Below are positions 9,284 to 17,629 of a DNA stretch of 64,000 nucleotides, in pieces. The notes beneath the pieces are model-generated. The model saw nothing but the letters and a program-made list of their open reading frames with translations, was not told the DNA's origin and did not search any database. This stretch comes from Vicinamibacteria bacterium (GTDB lineage: Bacteria > Acidobacteriota > Vicinamibacteria > Marinacidobacterales > Marinacidobacteraceae), in the NCBI GenBank assembly GCA_963422395.1, contig OY729431.1, positions 2,016,001 to 2,080,000 on the forward strand, read 5' to 3'. Within the stretch, counting starts at the first letter, position 1. Each line of letters begins with the position of its first letter. The position numbers and the translations under genes are program-made.

Positions 9284-10612
9284 CTGACGGAGTCCTTGCG
9301 GCTCACCGCGCCGGATCTGGCGTGTCTCGTCGCGGACTCGCCGAAACACCCGCTGGACTATGCGCTGATACTCCACTTCGAGCGTTCGGAGCACCCGCCT
9401 TTTTCGCCCCTCGCCCTCGAGCGCGGGGCCGAGAGTGCCCGGCAGGCGTTTCCGGTCGCCGGGAGCGTTCTCGAAAGCGGACGCCTCTCGGCCCCGGTGT
9501 GGACCCCTGCCCCCGGCCACTGTGCGGCACCGACCGTCCGGATGACCTCCGAAGAGGATTCCACTCCCTTGATCGACGGCTTTCTCGCTCCCCGCTTCCG
9601 CCTCGAAGAGGAACCGCCGCTCCGCCAGCTCCTCGCCGCGGGAGGGGATCCTCCCCGGTGGAGCCTCGTGACCCGGATCCACCACGCGGCTTCGGACCTC
9701 ATCGGCGCGCTGTTGTTCATCCGCCGCCAACTGCGGGTGGCGCAGGGAGAGGAGGTTCCTCCAAAGGCGCCGCAGCGGAGCTCCCCGCTGCTCCAACTGC
9801 GGCCCGAGCGGCCGGCGCGAAATCCGGATTCGCGGCCCTCCACTCCGCTCGCTACCCGACCCGCGCCGCGTGGATCCGCGCGCCGCTTTCGAACCTTTAG
9901 GGTGCCCCGCCTGCCGTCCTCGGGGCCGCGCGGCGGTTTCCGCTGGAACGATGCCCTGCTCGCAGCAGCACTCGAGGCGCTCGCGTCCTGGAACGACAGC
10001 CAGGGGAGCGACAGCGGGGGGAACCCCAGTCGGAGGAATCACACTCCGGGCGCTTCGAAGTCGCGGATCGGACTCTGGGTGCCGATGAACATCCGCCGGG
10101 AGCGTTTCCACGGCTTCGGAAACGGCGCGTCCCGCCTCCGGATCCACCGCGAGCCTCTCCCTTCCGGATCCGCCCCATCCTTCGAGGCTCGCTGCCGCGC
10201 AGTCCGCCGGACGATAGACCAGAAAAAGCGGGCCGGCGAGTGGGCGCTTCCCGCCTGGACCCCGCCGGCGGCGCTCGCGCGCGCCGCGGCGCCGCTCCTC
10301 GCCCGCTGGCTGGACCGTCCCTGGGCCGACTACGGCACCGCGGGCTTCACCCATCTCGGGCGCTGGCCCGGAGATGAGGACCCGGTGTTCCGCGGACTCG
10401 AAGCCATCGAGGTCGTCGCCTGCCTGCATCGGCGCCACCCGCTCTACTTCGCGGGAATGTCCCATGCCGGGCGCACCTGGGTAACGATCACCTGGGACCC
10501 AGCACTCCTCGCGCCGCAGGAAATCGACACCATCGCCGCCTCCTTCACGAACGCCCTGTCCGAGCCCGCGACGGGCGGCGGAGCACCGCTCGGACCGCCG
10601 GCCAGCGAATGA
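9284..10612 (+). CDS. Stand-alone condensation-domain / CoA-dependent acyltransferase-fold protein
   Basis: HHxxxD motif RIHHAASDLIG at about 9680, preceded by FRLEEEPPLRQLL; NDALLAA and VPMNIRR in the C-terminal lobe. Start uncertain (CTG 9284 after GAGGGA, or TTG 9296). Confidence 0.7.
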   Translation: MTESLRLTAPDLACLVADSPKHPLDYALILHFERSEHPPFSPLALERGAESARQAFPVAGSVLESGRLSAPVWTPAPGHCAAPTVRMTSEEDSTPLIDGFLAPRFRLEEEPPLRQLLAAGGDPPRWSLVTRIHHAASDLIGALLFIRRQLRVAQGEEVPPKAPQRSSPLLQLRPERPARNPDSRPSTPLATRPAPRGSARRFRTFRVPRLPSSGPRGGFRWNDALLAAALEALASWNDSQGSDSGGNPSRRNHTPGASKSRIGLWVPMNIRRERFHGFGNGASRLRIHREPLPSGSAPSFEARCRAVRRTIDQKKRAGEWALPAWTPPAALARAAAPLLARWLDRPWADYGTAGFTHLGRWPGDEDPVFRGLEAIEVVACLHRRHPLYFAGMSHAGRTWVTITWDPALLAPQEIDTIAASFTNALSEPATGGGAPLGPPASE

Positions 10613-12165
10613 ACGGCGGGATCCGCGGCCGAGTCCACGACTTTCTCCGCAGCGCGATCGCGGCGGCGCTCCGGCTCGCGGGAATCGGCGCCGGCCTCCG
10701 TCTTCGTCTGCGGCTTCGGTTCCGGCATCGGACCGAGGCGCGGCTTCGACAGCGGTACCGGATCACCGCCGACACCCCGCTGACCCGAGACCTCCCCGCC
10801 CCCGCAGACGGGGCGCCCCTCGCCATCACTTCGGGGACAGCGGGGTCCCCCCGGCAGGTGGCCTACCCGCGAAACCGCCTGCGCGCAGTCCGCCGCACCT
10901 TCGAGGACGCCATGCTGCGCCTCATCGCGGCCCACCGAATCCGGCGTCCGAGCCTCTATGTCTTCGGCCCGCTGCGCCCCGACCGCTCGCTGACCCGGTT
11001 GTTGGTCGCCGAGCCCCGTCCGCCGCCGGGTTTCGTACTCCTCCAGGCGCCCTACCGCGCCCAGTCCGACCCGGCGATCCTTCGCCTCGCCGACGAGTAC
11101 GGCGACGCGGCGCTGCGGTTGCTGCTCCTCACCCTGTCGAATCCGGGGATCCTCTACGCCACCAACCCCTCGACCCTGAGCACTTTTTTCGACGAGCTGG
11201 ACGCCGACTGGGAACGTGCCTCGGCGCTCGCCCGAACCGTCAGCCGCAGCCCGCCGGCACTCGATCCCGCGGCGCTCCGTATCCTCCGGCGGCTCCGCTC
11301 CACCGGAGATTCCGGCCGGCTGGCCCGACTCGCCGCGAGCCCGGCGCCCCTGCCCATCACCGCCTGGGCCCCCGCCGCGGCCATCTGTGTCTGCTGGACC
11401 GGCGGGGCGGTCCGTCCCTTCCTGGATCGACTGGACCGGCGGCTTCCAGCTCCTCGCTTCTGCCGCATTCCCATGTTCTCGATGTCCACCGAGACCGTCG
11501 AGACGATTCCGGATTTCCGCGGCCCGGAGCCTGCCTTCCTTCCGTTCGCACCCGGAGTCCTCCATGAGTTCCTCGACCAGCAGGCGGCGAACCCGCGGCT
11601 CCTATCTTCAGGCGAGCTGCAGCCGGGCGGAATCTACGAAATGGTGGTGAGCCACCGCTTCGGACTCACGCGCTATGCGACCGGCGATCTTTTTCGGGTG
11701 GCGCGCCTCACCGCCTCCGGCCCGGACCTGCGCTTCGCGCGCCGGCGCCTTCTCGGTTGGTCCTTCACCGGGGAGAAGATCACCGCGCAACAGGTGGGCT
11801 CTGCCTTCGATGCTGTCGACGCGGCATGGCCCGGCCTGCGCACGGCATTCTGGCTGGCGCTTTTTCCGGAGGATCCCGGCGCACCGGCCAGACCCGGCTA
11901 CCGGCTGGCCGCCGTCGGCCGCGGGCCGGAGAGCGCCGGAGCCCAAGCGCTGCCCCCCGGTCTCGAAGGGCAGCTGGACGCACTGCTCTCGGAGCAGAAC
12001 CCGGAGTACCGGGCCAAACGGGAGAGCGGCCGGCTGGGCCCGATCCGCCTGGCACAGCCGAGCCTCGTCGAGTTCGTCCGCCGTGCCTCCGGAGAGCGCG
12101 CCGCCTCGCCGGACTCCCAGTTCAAGTTCCAGCCGTTCTATCCGCGCCAGTGGGAGGCGGAATGA
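10609..12165 (+). CDS. GH3-family acyl-adenylating (acyl-acid amido synthetase-like) protein
   Basis: ITSGTAG P-loop, SMSTE, YEMVVSHRFGLTRYATGD, FTGEKIT, QNPEYRAKRESGRLGP; ATGA overlap with the upstream gene. Confidence 0.8.
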   Translation: MNGGIRGRVHDFLRSAIAAALRLAGIGAGLRLRLRLRFRHRTEARLRQRYRITADTPLTRDLPAPADGAPLAITSGTAGSPRQVAYPRNRLRAVRRTFEDAMLRLIAAHRIRRPSLYVFGPLRPDRSLTRLLVAEPRPPPGFVLLQAPYRAQSDPAILRLADEYGDAALRLLLLTLSNPGILYATNPSTLSTFFDELDADWERASALARTVSRSPPALDPAALRILRRLRSTGDSGRLARLAASPAPLPITAWAPAAAICVCWTGGAVRPFLDRLDRRLPAPRFCRIPMFSMSTETVETIPDFRGPEPAFLPFAPGVLHEFLDQQAANPRLLSSGELQPGGIYEMVVSHRFGLTRYATGDLFRVARLTASGPDLRFARRRLLGWSFTGEKITAQQVGSAFDAVDAAWPGLRTAFWLALFPEDPGAPARPGYRLAAVGRGPESAGAQALPPGLEGQLDALLSEQNPEYRAKRESGRLGPIRLAQPSLVEFVRRASGERAASPDSQFKFQPFYPRQWEAE

Positions 12166-12784
12166 AGCGGAGCAGCTCCCCGAACGAAGGAAAGTCCCGA
12201 CCCAGGATCAGGCTCCGGCAGCCCGCCGCCAGCGCCGCCCGACCGTCGGTGTCCGGTCGGTTCCCGAGGTGGAGAAGAGCACCCGCAGGAATCCTCAGAT
12301 CGGCGGCCGCCTGCCGGAACACCCCGGCGTCCGGTTTCAGTACCCCGAGCGCTTCCGCAGCGTAGATCCGGTCGAAACACTCGCCGAGGCCGAGCGCGGC
12401 GATCCGGGGGGCGGACTCGAAGTCGGACACCGCGACCGCAATGCGTCCGGCCACCCGAAGGCCGTTCAGCAGCGCCCGCACTCCCGCCGCTGGGCCGATC
12501 CGCCGGATCGCCGGCAGCAGCAGGAGGGTTTCGCTCTCGAGGCGCCGGGCGATCCCGGATCGCCAGCCGGCAGGCAGCAACCCGCGGTCGGCCCTGAGCA
12601 GCTCGACTTCACGGCGAAACCGGCGGAGCCGGCGCAGCTCCCGGAGAGACTCCGCCGGATGTCCGGCGAGCGCGCACCGGAGGGACTCGGCCGCCACCGC
12701 GGCCGAGAGCGCCCGGTCGGAATAGAGCGTGCCGTCCACATCGAAGGAGACGGCCGTGATTCCGAGGAATGGATCCGGCGCCAT
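12122..12784 (-). CDS. HAD-superfamily hydrolase
   Basis: Motif I FDVDGTLY, VSD, LKPD, HLGNRPDTD. Confidence 0.85.
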   Translation of the reverse strand: MAPDPFLGITAVSFDVDGTLYSDRALSAAVAAESLRCALAGHPAESLRELRRLRRFRREVELLRADRGLLPAGWRSGIARRLESETLLLLPAIRRIGPAAGVRALLNGLRVAGRIAVAVSDFESAPRIAALGLGECFDRIYAAEALGVLKPDAGVFRQAAADLRIPAGALLHLGNRPDTDGRAALAAGCRSLILGRDFPSFGELLRFIPPPTGADRTAGT

Positions 12785-12794
12785 CCGGCGCAGG

Positions 12795-13901
12795 TCAGGG
12801 ATCGATCGAGAACTTTCGGATCATCCGCTGGCGGACCTCGGCGCCGTACACCGCGCCGTGAGCATCCACCGAGACCCCCTCGGGACCGCTGGTCACCGGT
12901 TCCTCGCCCGGCGCCACATCGGACACATCGTCCGGGAGATAGTGGGTCACGGTCCCATCGGCGGCGTTTCCGATGCGGATTCCGCGCCCGAATTCGGGGT
13001 TCGAGCGGGAGGTGGACTCCGAGTCGGCCACATAGATCGTGTCCTCGGCGCTGATGAAGATGCCGCTCGGCCGTCCGAATTGCAGCCACTCTTCGAGGAA
13101 GTTGCCCTCCTGGTCGAAGAGCTGGATCCGGTTGTTCCCCCGATCTCCCACGAAGAGCCGGCCCGAGGAGTCCATCGCCAGCGCGTGCGGATCGCGGAAT
13201 TGCCCGGTGCCGGTCCCGGTCTCGCCGAAACTGCCCAGGAACTCGCCCTCGGCGGAAAACCGGACGATCCGATTGTTGCCTTCGGAACCGTGTCCGTCCG
13301 CCACGAAGATGTTCCCGTTCGGCGCCACCAGCACATCGGAGGGGCCGTCGAACTGGCCGTCCGCGGCACCCGCGGCCCCGGCTTCGCCGAGCCGCAGCAG
13401 CACTTCTCCGTCGGGGCTGAACGCGATCACCTGATGACCGAGACCTTCCTGCCCCCGGGCGTCGGTGATCCAGACGTTCCCCTCATGGTCCACGAACATC
13501 CCGTGCGGCCAGGCGACGAGCCCGGCGCCGAAACTCCGCACTACCTCCCCCTCGGGGGTGAAGAGCACGATCATGTCCACTTCGGGCCGGTCGCCGCAGA
13601 AGTTCTGCCCGCAGCGTTCTGCAGTCCAGATGTTTCCGTCGGCGGCGGGAAATACCGCGCTGACCGAGCCCCAGGTGCGCTCTCCGGGCAGATCGCCCCA
13701 ATGCGCCTCGGCGCGGTACGGGTTCGGGAAATCATCATGCTCCGAGACCAGGGGTTCCCCCTGGGATTCCGTCTGGCCGGAGTCCGGCCCGGGCGGGGTA
13801 CCGCGTTCGCACCCGGCGAGGCCGAAAACGACAGCCGCGCAGACGATCCCGAGCCACGCCCCGATTCCAGTGCTCCTCCGAAGATTCTCGATACGACGCA
13901 T
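12795..13901 (-). CDS. NHL-repeat beta-propeller lipoprotein (peptidyl-alpha-hydroxyglycine amidating lyase-like family)
   Basis: GAAGGAG RBS; lipobox LAGC; repeats PHGMFVD, FDGPSDV, FRDPHALAMD, DRGNNRIQLFD. Confidence 0.85.
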   Translation of the reverse strand: MRRIENLRRSTGIGAWLGIVCAAVVFGLAGCERGTPPGPDSGQTESQGEPLVSEHDDFPNPYRAEAHWGDLPGERTWGSVSAVFPAADGNIWTAERCGQNFCGDRPEVDMIVLFTPEGEVVRSFGAGLVAWPHGMFVDHEGNVWITDARGQEGLGHQVIAFSPDGEVLLRLGEAGAAGAADGQFDGPSDVLVAPNGNIFVADGHGSEGNNRIVRFSAEGEFLGSFGETGTGTGQFRDPHALAMDSSGRLFVGDRGNNRIQLFDQEGNFLEEWLQFGRPSGIFISAEDTIYVADSESTSRSNPEFGRGIRIGNAADGTVTHYLPDDVSDVAPGEEPVTSGPEGVSVDAHGAVYGAEVRQRMIRKFSIDP

Positions 13902-13959
13902 GATGGTGCTCCTTCTTCCGCAGCCGGCGGAACTGCGGATTGTAAGGACCGTAGGCCGG

Positions 13960-14424
13960 CTACCGCCTCGAAACGGACAGCAGGAAGATGTACTCGGTCG
14001 GGAGGATCCGGGAAGCGCTGCCCGGAGGCGCGACTTCGAGTATCCGGATCTCGAAGCTCCGGTAGGTGGCGACCGCCTGCCCGTCAGGCGGAACCCGGAA
14101 CCCGGCGGATCCCTGGGATTCCGTGGTCTCGAGTTCGAGTTGCAGATCGAGATGTCCGGGAGCTTCGCAGGCAGACCCCGGGGGGCAGCGAGTGTCGAGA
14201 CCCACCGTCTGAACGCTCAAATAGAGAAAGTCGCTGCCGCCGGTGACCAGAGCCAGATTCCCGGCTCGAAGCGCGAAAGGTTCGCCGAGGGAGACCTGGA
14301 AGTCGGGCGCCGGAAACCCCGGCGTCGTACCGGAGTTGCAGCCGGACGCCGCGAACGCGGTCAGGAGCAGCGCGGCGGGAATCCACCGGCATCCGGAAGA
14401 ACCGACGGAACCGCAGGAAAACAT
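13960..14424 (-). CDS. Hypothetical lipoprotein
   Basis: Hydrophobic stretch ending ASGC, then DTRCPPGSAC. Start placed at ATG 14424, 7 nt after TAGAAT. Confidence 0.6.
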   Translation of the reverse strand: MFSCGSVGSSGCRWIPAALLLTAFAASGCNSGTTPGFPAPDFQVSLGEPFALRAGNLALVTGGSDFLYLSVQTVGLDTRCPPGSACEAPGHLDLQLELETTESQGSAGFRVPPDGQAVATYRSFEIRILEVAPPGSASRILPTEYIFLLSVSRR

Positions 14425-14477
14425 CGGAGACATTCTAGGGGTGCCGGCCGCGCGGCGGCTCTCGGAGTTCGGGCGAC

Positions 14478-15605
14478 TCAGAGTTCCAGCAGAAGAGCGG
14501 CCAGCAGCGCGGCGCGGCGCGGAAGATCGTCGAGACGCACCTGCTCGTGCCGCGCGTGGGCGCCGTCGCCGAGGGGCCCCAATCCATCGAGCACCGGGAC
14601 CCCCAGACCGGCGACGATGTTCCCGTCGGAACCACCGCCGGCAGCGCCCTCTCCGAGTTCCCAGTCGATTGCGGACGCCAGCCGGCGGGCCTGCTGGTAG
14701 AGCCGGACCACGCTCGCGCGGCGCGAAAGCGGCGGCCGGTTCACTCCCCCGCTCCAGGTGGCGCTCGCTTCCGGATGCGCCGGCTGAAGTTGCCGCAGCG
14801 CGGTGAGCAACCGCTCCCCTTCCACCGGATCGTCCATGCGGATGTCCACCTCGGCGGAAGCTTCCGCGGGAACGACATTCGTCCGGGACCCGCCCCGGAT
14901 CCTCCCTACATTCACCGTGATCCCGCGCTCGGGCGCTGAGAGCGCGCCGGCAGCCAGCACGATCCGCGACAGCTCGGCGATCGCGTTGATCCCCCGCTCC
15001 GGATCGAGCCCGGCGTGAGCGGCCCGCCCGCGGACCCGGACCCTCAGGACCCCGACGCCCCGGCGGGAGGTCTTGGCGCCGCCGCCGGGGAGCGAGGGTT
15101 CCATCACCAGACAGGCGGCGGCGCCGGCCGCCTCCTCTTCGATGAGGGCCCGGCTCGCGCCGCTTCCGGCTTCCTCGTCGGTGGTCCAGAGGATCGTCAC
15201 CGGACGCCGGGGCTCGAGACCCCGCCGATCGAGCGCCCAGAGCGCCCCGATGGTCTGGACCAGCCCCGCCTTCATGTCATAGACGCCAGGGCCGTACGCG
15301 GTCCGCTCCTGGACCCGCCAGGGAATCTCCGCGAGCGTTCCGAGCGGCCAGACGGTGTCCAGATGGCCAAGCAGCAGCAGAGGCGCCTCGCCCGCTCGGG
15401 CTCCGGGGATCCGGATACGCAGTTGGGGCCCGCGCTCCCCGCCCCCGGGGCAGGAACCGGCGACCCGGGAGACCGCCGCACCGCGCAGGAAGCCGGAAGC
15501 ATCCTCGGTGAGAGCGCGTGCCGCCTCGTCCCCCATCCGGGCGGTCGCCCGCTGGGATTCGGTGGGCGACTCGAGACGAACGAAGCGCCCCAGCATCTCC
15601 TCCAT
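14478..15605 (-). CDS. M20 family metallopeptidase (glutamate carboxypeptidase-like)
   Basis: GHLDTVW, GPGVYDMKAG, TDEEAGS, GRAAHAG, GGSDGN, GAHARHE; the true start may be slightly upstream. Confidence 0.9.
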   Translation of the reverse strand: MEEMLGRFVRLESPTESQRATARMGDEAARALTEDASGFLRGAAVSRVAGSCPGGGERGPQLRIRIPGARAGEAPLLLLGHLDTVWPLGTLAEIPWRVQERTAYGPGVYDMKAGLVQTIGALWALDRRGLEPRRPVTILWTTDEEAGSGASRALIEEEAAGAAACLVMEPSLPGGGAKTSRRGVGVLRVRVRGRAAHAGLDPERGINAIAELSRIVLAAGALSAPERGITVNVGRIRGGSRTNVVPAEASAEVDIRMDDPVEGERLLTALRQLQPAHPEASATWSGGVNRPPLSRRASVVRLYQQARRLASAIDWELGEGAAGGGSDGNIVAGLGVPVLDGLGPLGDGAHARHEQVRLDDLPRRAALLAALLLEL

Positions 15606-15669
15606 GCAGGGACCGCTCTCCGTCAGCCAGGAGAGCAGCCCCCGGATGCCGGTGGGCTCGCCGCCGCCG

Positions 15670-17388
15670 CTATTGGACGACTTGATTCCGGACCTCCTGC
15701 AACACCTCGAGGCGCTCGGCGAGCTGTGGATCCGGATTGCCGAGCTCCACTGCCTTCGCGTACTGCGCGGCCGCTTCGGCGATCCGCTCGTAGTCGGCGG
15801 GACTCGCCGGGCAGCCGACCTGGACCGCCTGCAGCCGCTCGCCGAAGGCTGCGTCCTTGAGGGTGCAGGGGCCGTACGCCACTTGGGCCGCGTGGGCCCA
15901 GGCGAGCATCCGGAGCGGCTCTCCCCAGTTCGTCATCGCCGCCGCAGACTCGGAGAACTGCGTCTCGGCGCCGGCGAAGTCGTTCGCTGCCATGTAGGCC
16001 TGACCGAGGGCGTAGCGGGCGACCGAAAGGTCGTTGGGGTCCCCGGTTTCGGGAAATGCGGGAATCGCCGGTTCGAGTATCGCCGCCACCTCTCCCATCT
16101 GCTGTGCGGAGAAGAGAGCGATGCCGTGCTCCACCTGATAGAGCGGGTTCTCCGGGTCGGCCGCCACCGCAGATTCGGCGGCAGCGAGCCCGCCGGCGAC
16201 ATCCTGGGCCTGCCGCAGCGCCTTGGCTTTCGCGTGGTACGCCATCCCGAGGCCGGCTTTCGCCGCCGCGGATTCCGGATCGGCCGCCGCCGCCGCCTCC
16301 ATTTCCGTCACTGCGTCGTCATGGGAACGCGCTTCGATGGCGAAATGGCCCAGCGCGACATGCGCCGCGGCACGCGCCGCCGGAGGAGAGTTCTCGAGGG
16401 TGGTGACCTTCTGGTAGTAGGTCGCCGCCTGACCGGCGTTCCCCTGCGCTGCGTACACCTGTGCGAAGGCGAGGTTCGCGGCCGGATCGTTCGCGTTCAC
16501 GGTGATGGCCATCGCCAGGTCGCCGTACGCCTCGGCCTGGTTCCCGAGGGCGTTGTTCGCCAGGCCGCGGATACCGTAGGCGCTGGTGAGCTGGTCGTTC
16601 AGCTCGAGCGCCGCGGTGGCCGCCTGCACCGCACCCTGGAAATCCTCGCGGGCGAAAAAGATCTCGGCGAGTCCGGCATGCGCCCGGGCGGTGTTCGGAT
16701 CGAGTTCGACGGCGCGCTGGAACGACGCCTCGGCGCCGTCCCAATCCTCGGCGGCGGCGGCCGCCTGGCCGAGGGTGGAGTGCGCGATCGCGCTGTCGGG
16801 CTCGAGTTCGAGAGCCTTGTGCGCCATGGCCGCAGCTTCGACGAACTGCCCCTGGCGAGCCAAACTCGCTCCGAGGCCCAGATAGGTGGATACCGGCGGA
16901 TTCGGGTGCAGCTCGATGACTTTCTGCCCGGCTTCGATGACCTTGAGATCGTTCTCGAGCATGGCGTAGGCATGCGCCATCTCGGTCCACGCTTCGAGGA
17001 TCTCGCCGGAGTCCTCGAGGCTGGAGACCGCCTGGGAATAGCTGTCGGCGACATTTTCCCACTCCTCGAAGTTTCGGTACACCCGGGCGAGTTCGAGCCG
17101 CACATCGTGGCGGTCCGGGTAGTCCTGGAGCACCCGCAGGAAGAGGCCTCCCGCCTGGCTCCAGGCCGCCTGCGCGGCCTCCGGGTCTCCGTCGCGCGCG
17201 GCTTTTTCGGCGTCTTCGAGGTGCTCCTCGGCGAGGTCGAGCGCCCGCGAGACTTCCCGGCGGGTCAGCGGTTCCTCTTCCTGGGAGAACGAAGACGAGA
17301 CCCCGAACGCGGCCGTGAGGCCGAAAACAGCCGGGAACGCGAGCCGGCACAGCGAACGGGACGAAAAGCGAGTCTTCGCTTGGAACAT
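15670..17388 (-). CDS. Exported tetratricopeptide-repeat protein
   Basis: GGAGG RBS; signal peptide; repeated TPR helices (ALELEPDSAIAHSTLG, AVELDPNTARAHAGLA). Confidence 0.88.
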   Translation of the reverse strand: MFQAKTRFSSRSLCRLAFPAVFGLTAAFGVSSSFSQEEEPLTRREVSRALDLAEEHLEDAEKAARDGDPEAAQAAWSQAGGLFLRVLQDYPDRHDVRLELARVYRNFEEWENVADSYSQAVSSLEDSGEILEAWTEMAHAYAMLENDLKVIEAGQKVIELHPNPPVSTYLGLGASLARQGQFVEAAAMAHKALELEPDSAIAHSTLGQAAAAAEDWDGAEASFQRAVELDPNTARAHAGLAEIFFAREDFQGAVQAATAALELNDQLTSAYGIRGLANNALGNQAEAYGDLAMAITVNANDPAANLAFAQVYAAQGNAGQAATYYQKVTTLENSPPAARAAAHVALGHFAIEARSHDDAVTEMEAAAAADPESAAAKAGLGMAYHAKAKALRQAQDVAGGLAAAESAVAADPENPLYQVEHGIALFSAQQMGEVAAILEPAIPAFPETGDPNDLSVARYALGQAYMAANDFAGAETQFSESAAAMTNWGEPLRMLAWAHAAQVAYGPCTLKDAAFGERLQAVQVGCPASPADYERIAEAAAQYAKAVELGNPDPQLAERLEVLQEVRNQVVQ

Positions 17389-17629
17389 GGAATCCTCCGG
17401 ATGCAAGAGCCTCAAGGGTCGCGGGAGCGGCAAAGCCGGCCCGCCGGATCGTATGGCAGCGGTCCGGCCCTTCAACCGGCCGCGAGCTTCCCGACGGAAC
17501 CGGGCCATCCTGCGACGCTCCCGCGCAGGTCTTCGGATCCTTCGCGGCCATGCGGAGATTCGCCGGAACCCTTCGTCGACCCCGGGAGGCGCCGGTCGTC
17601 TGCGCAGTTCGGTTCTATAGTGAGGCGCG

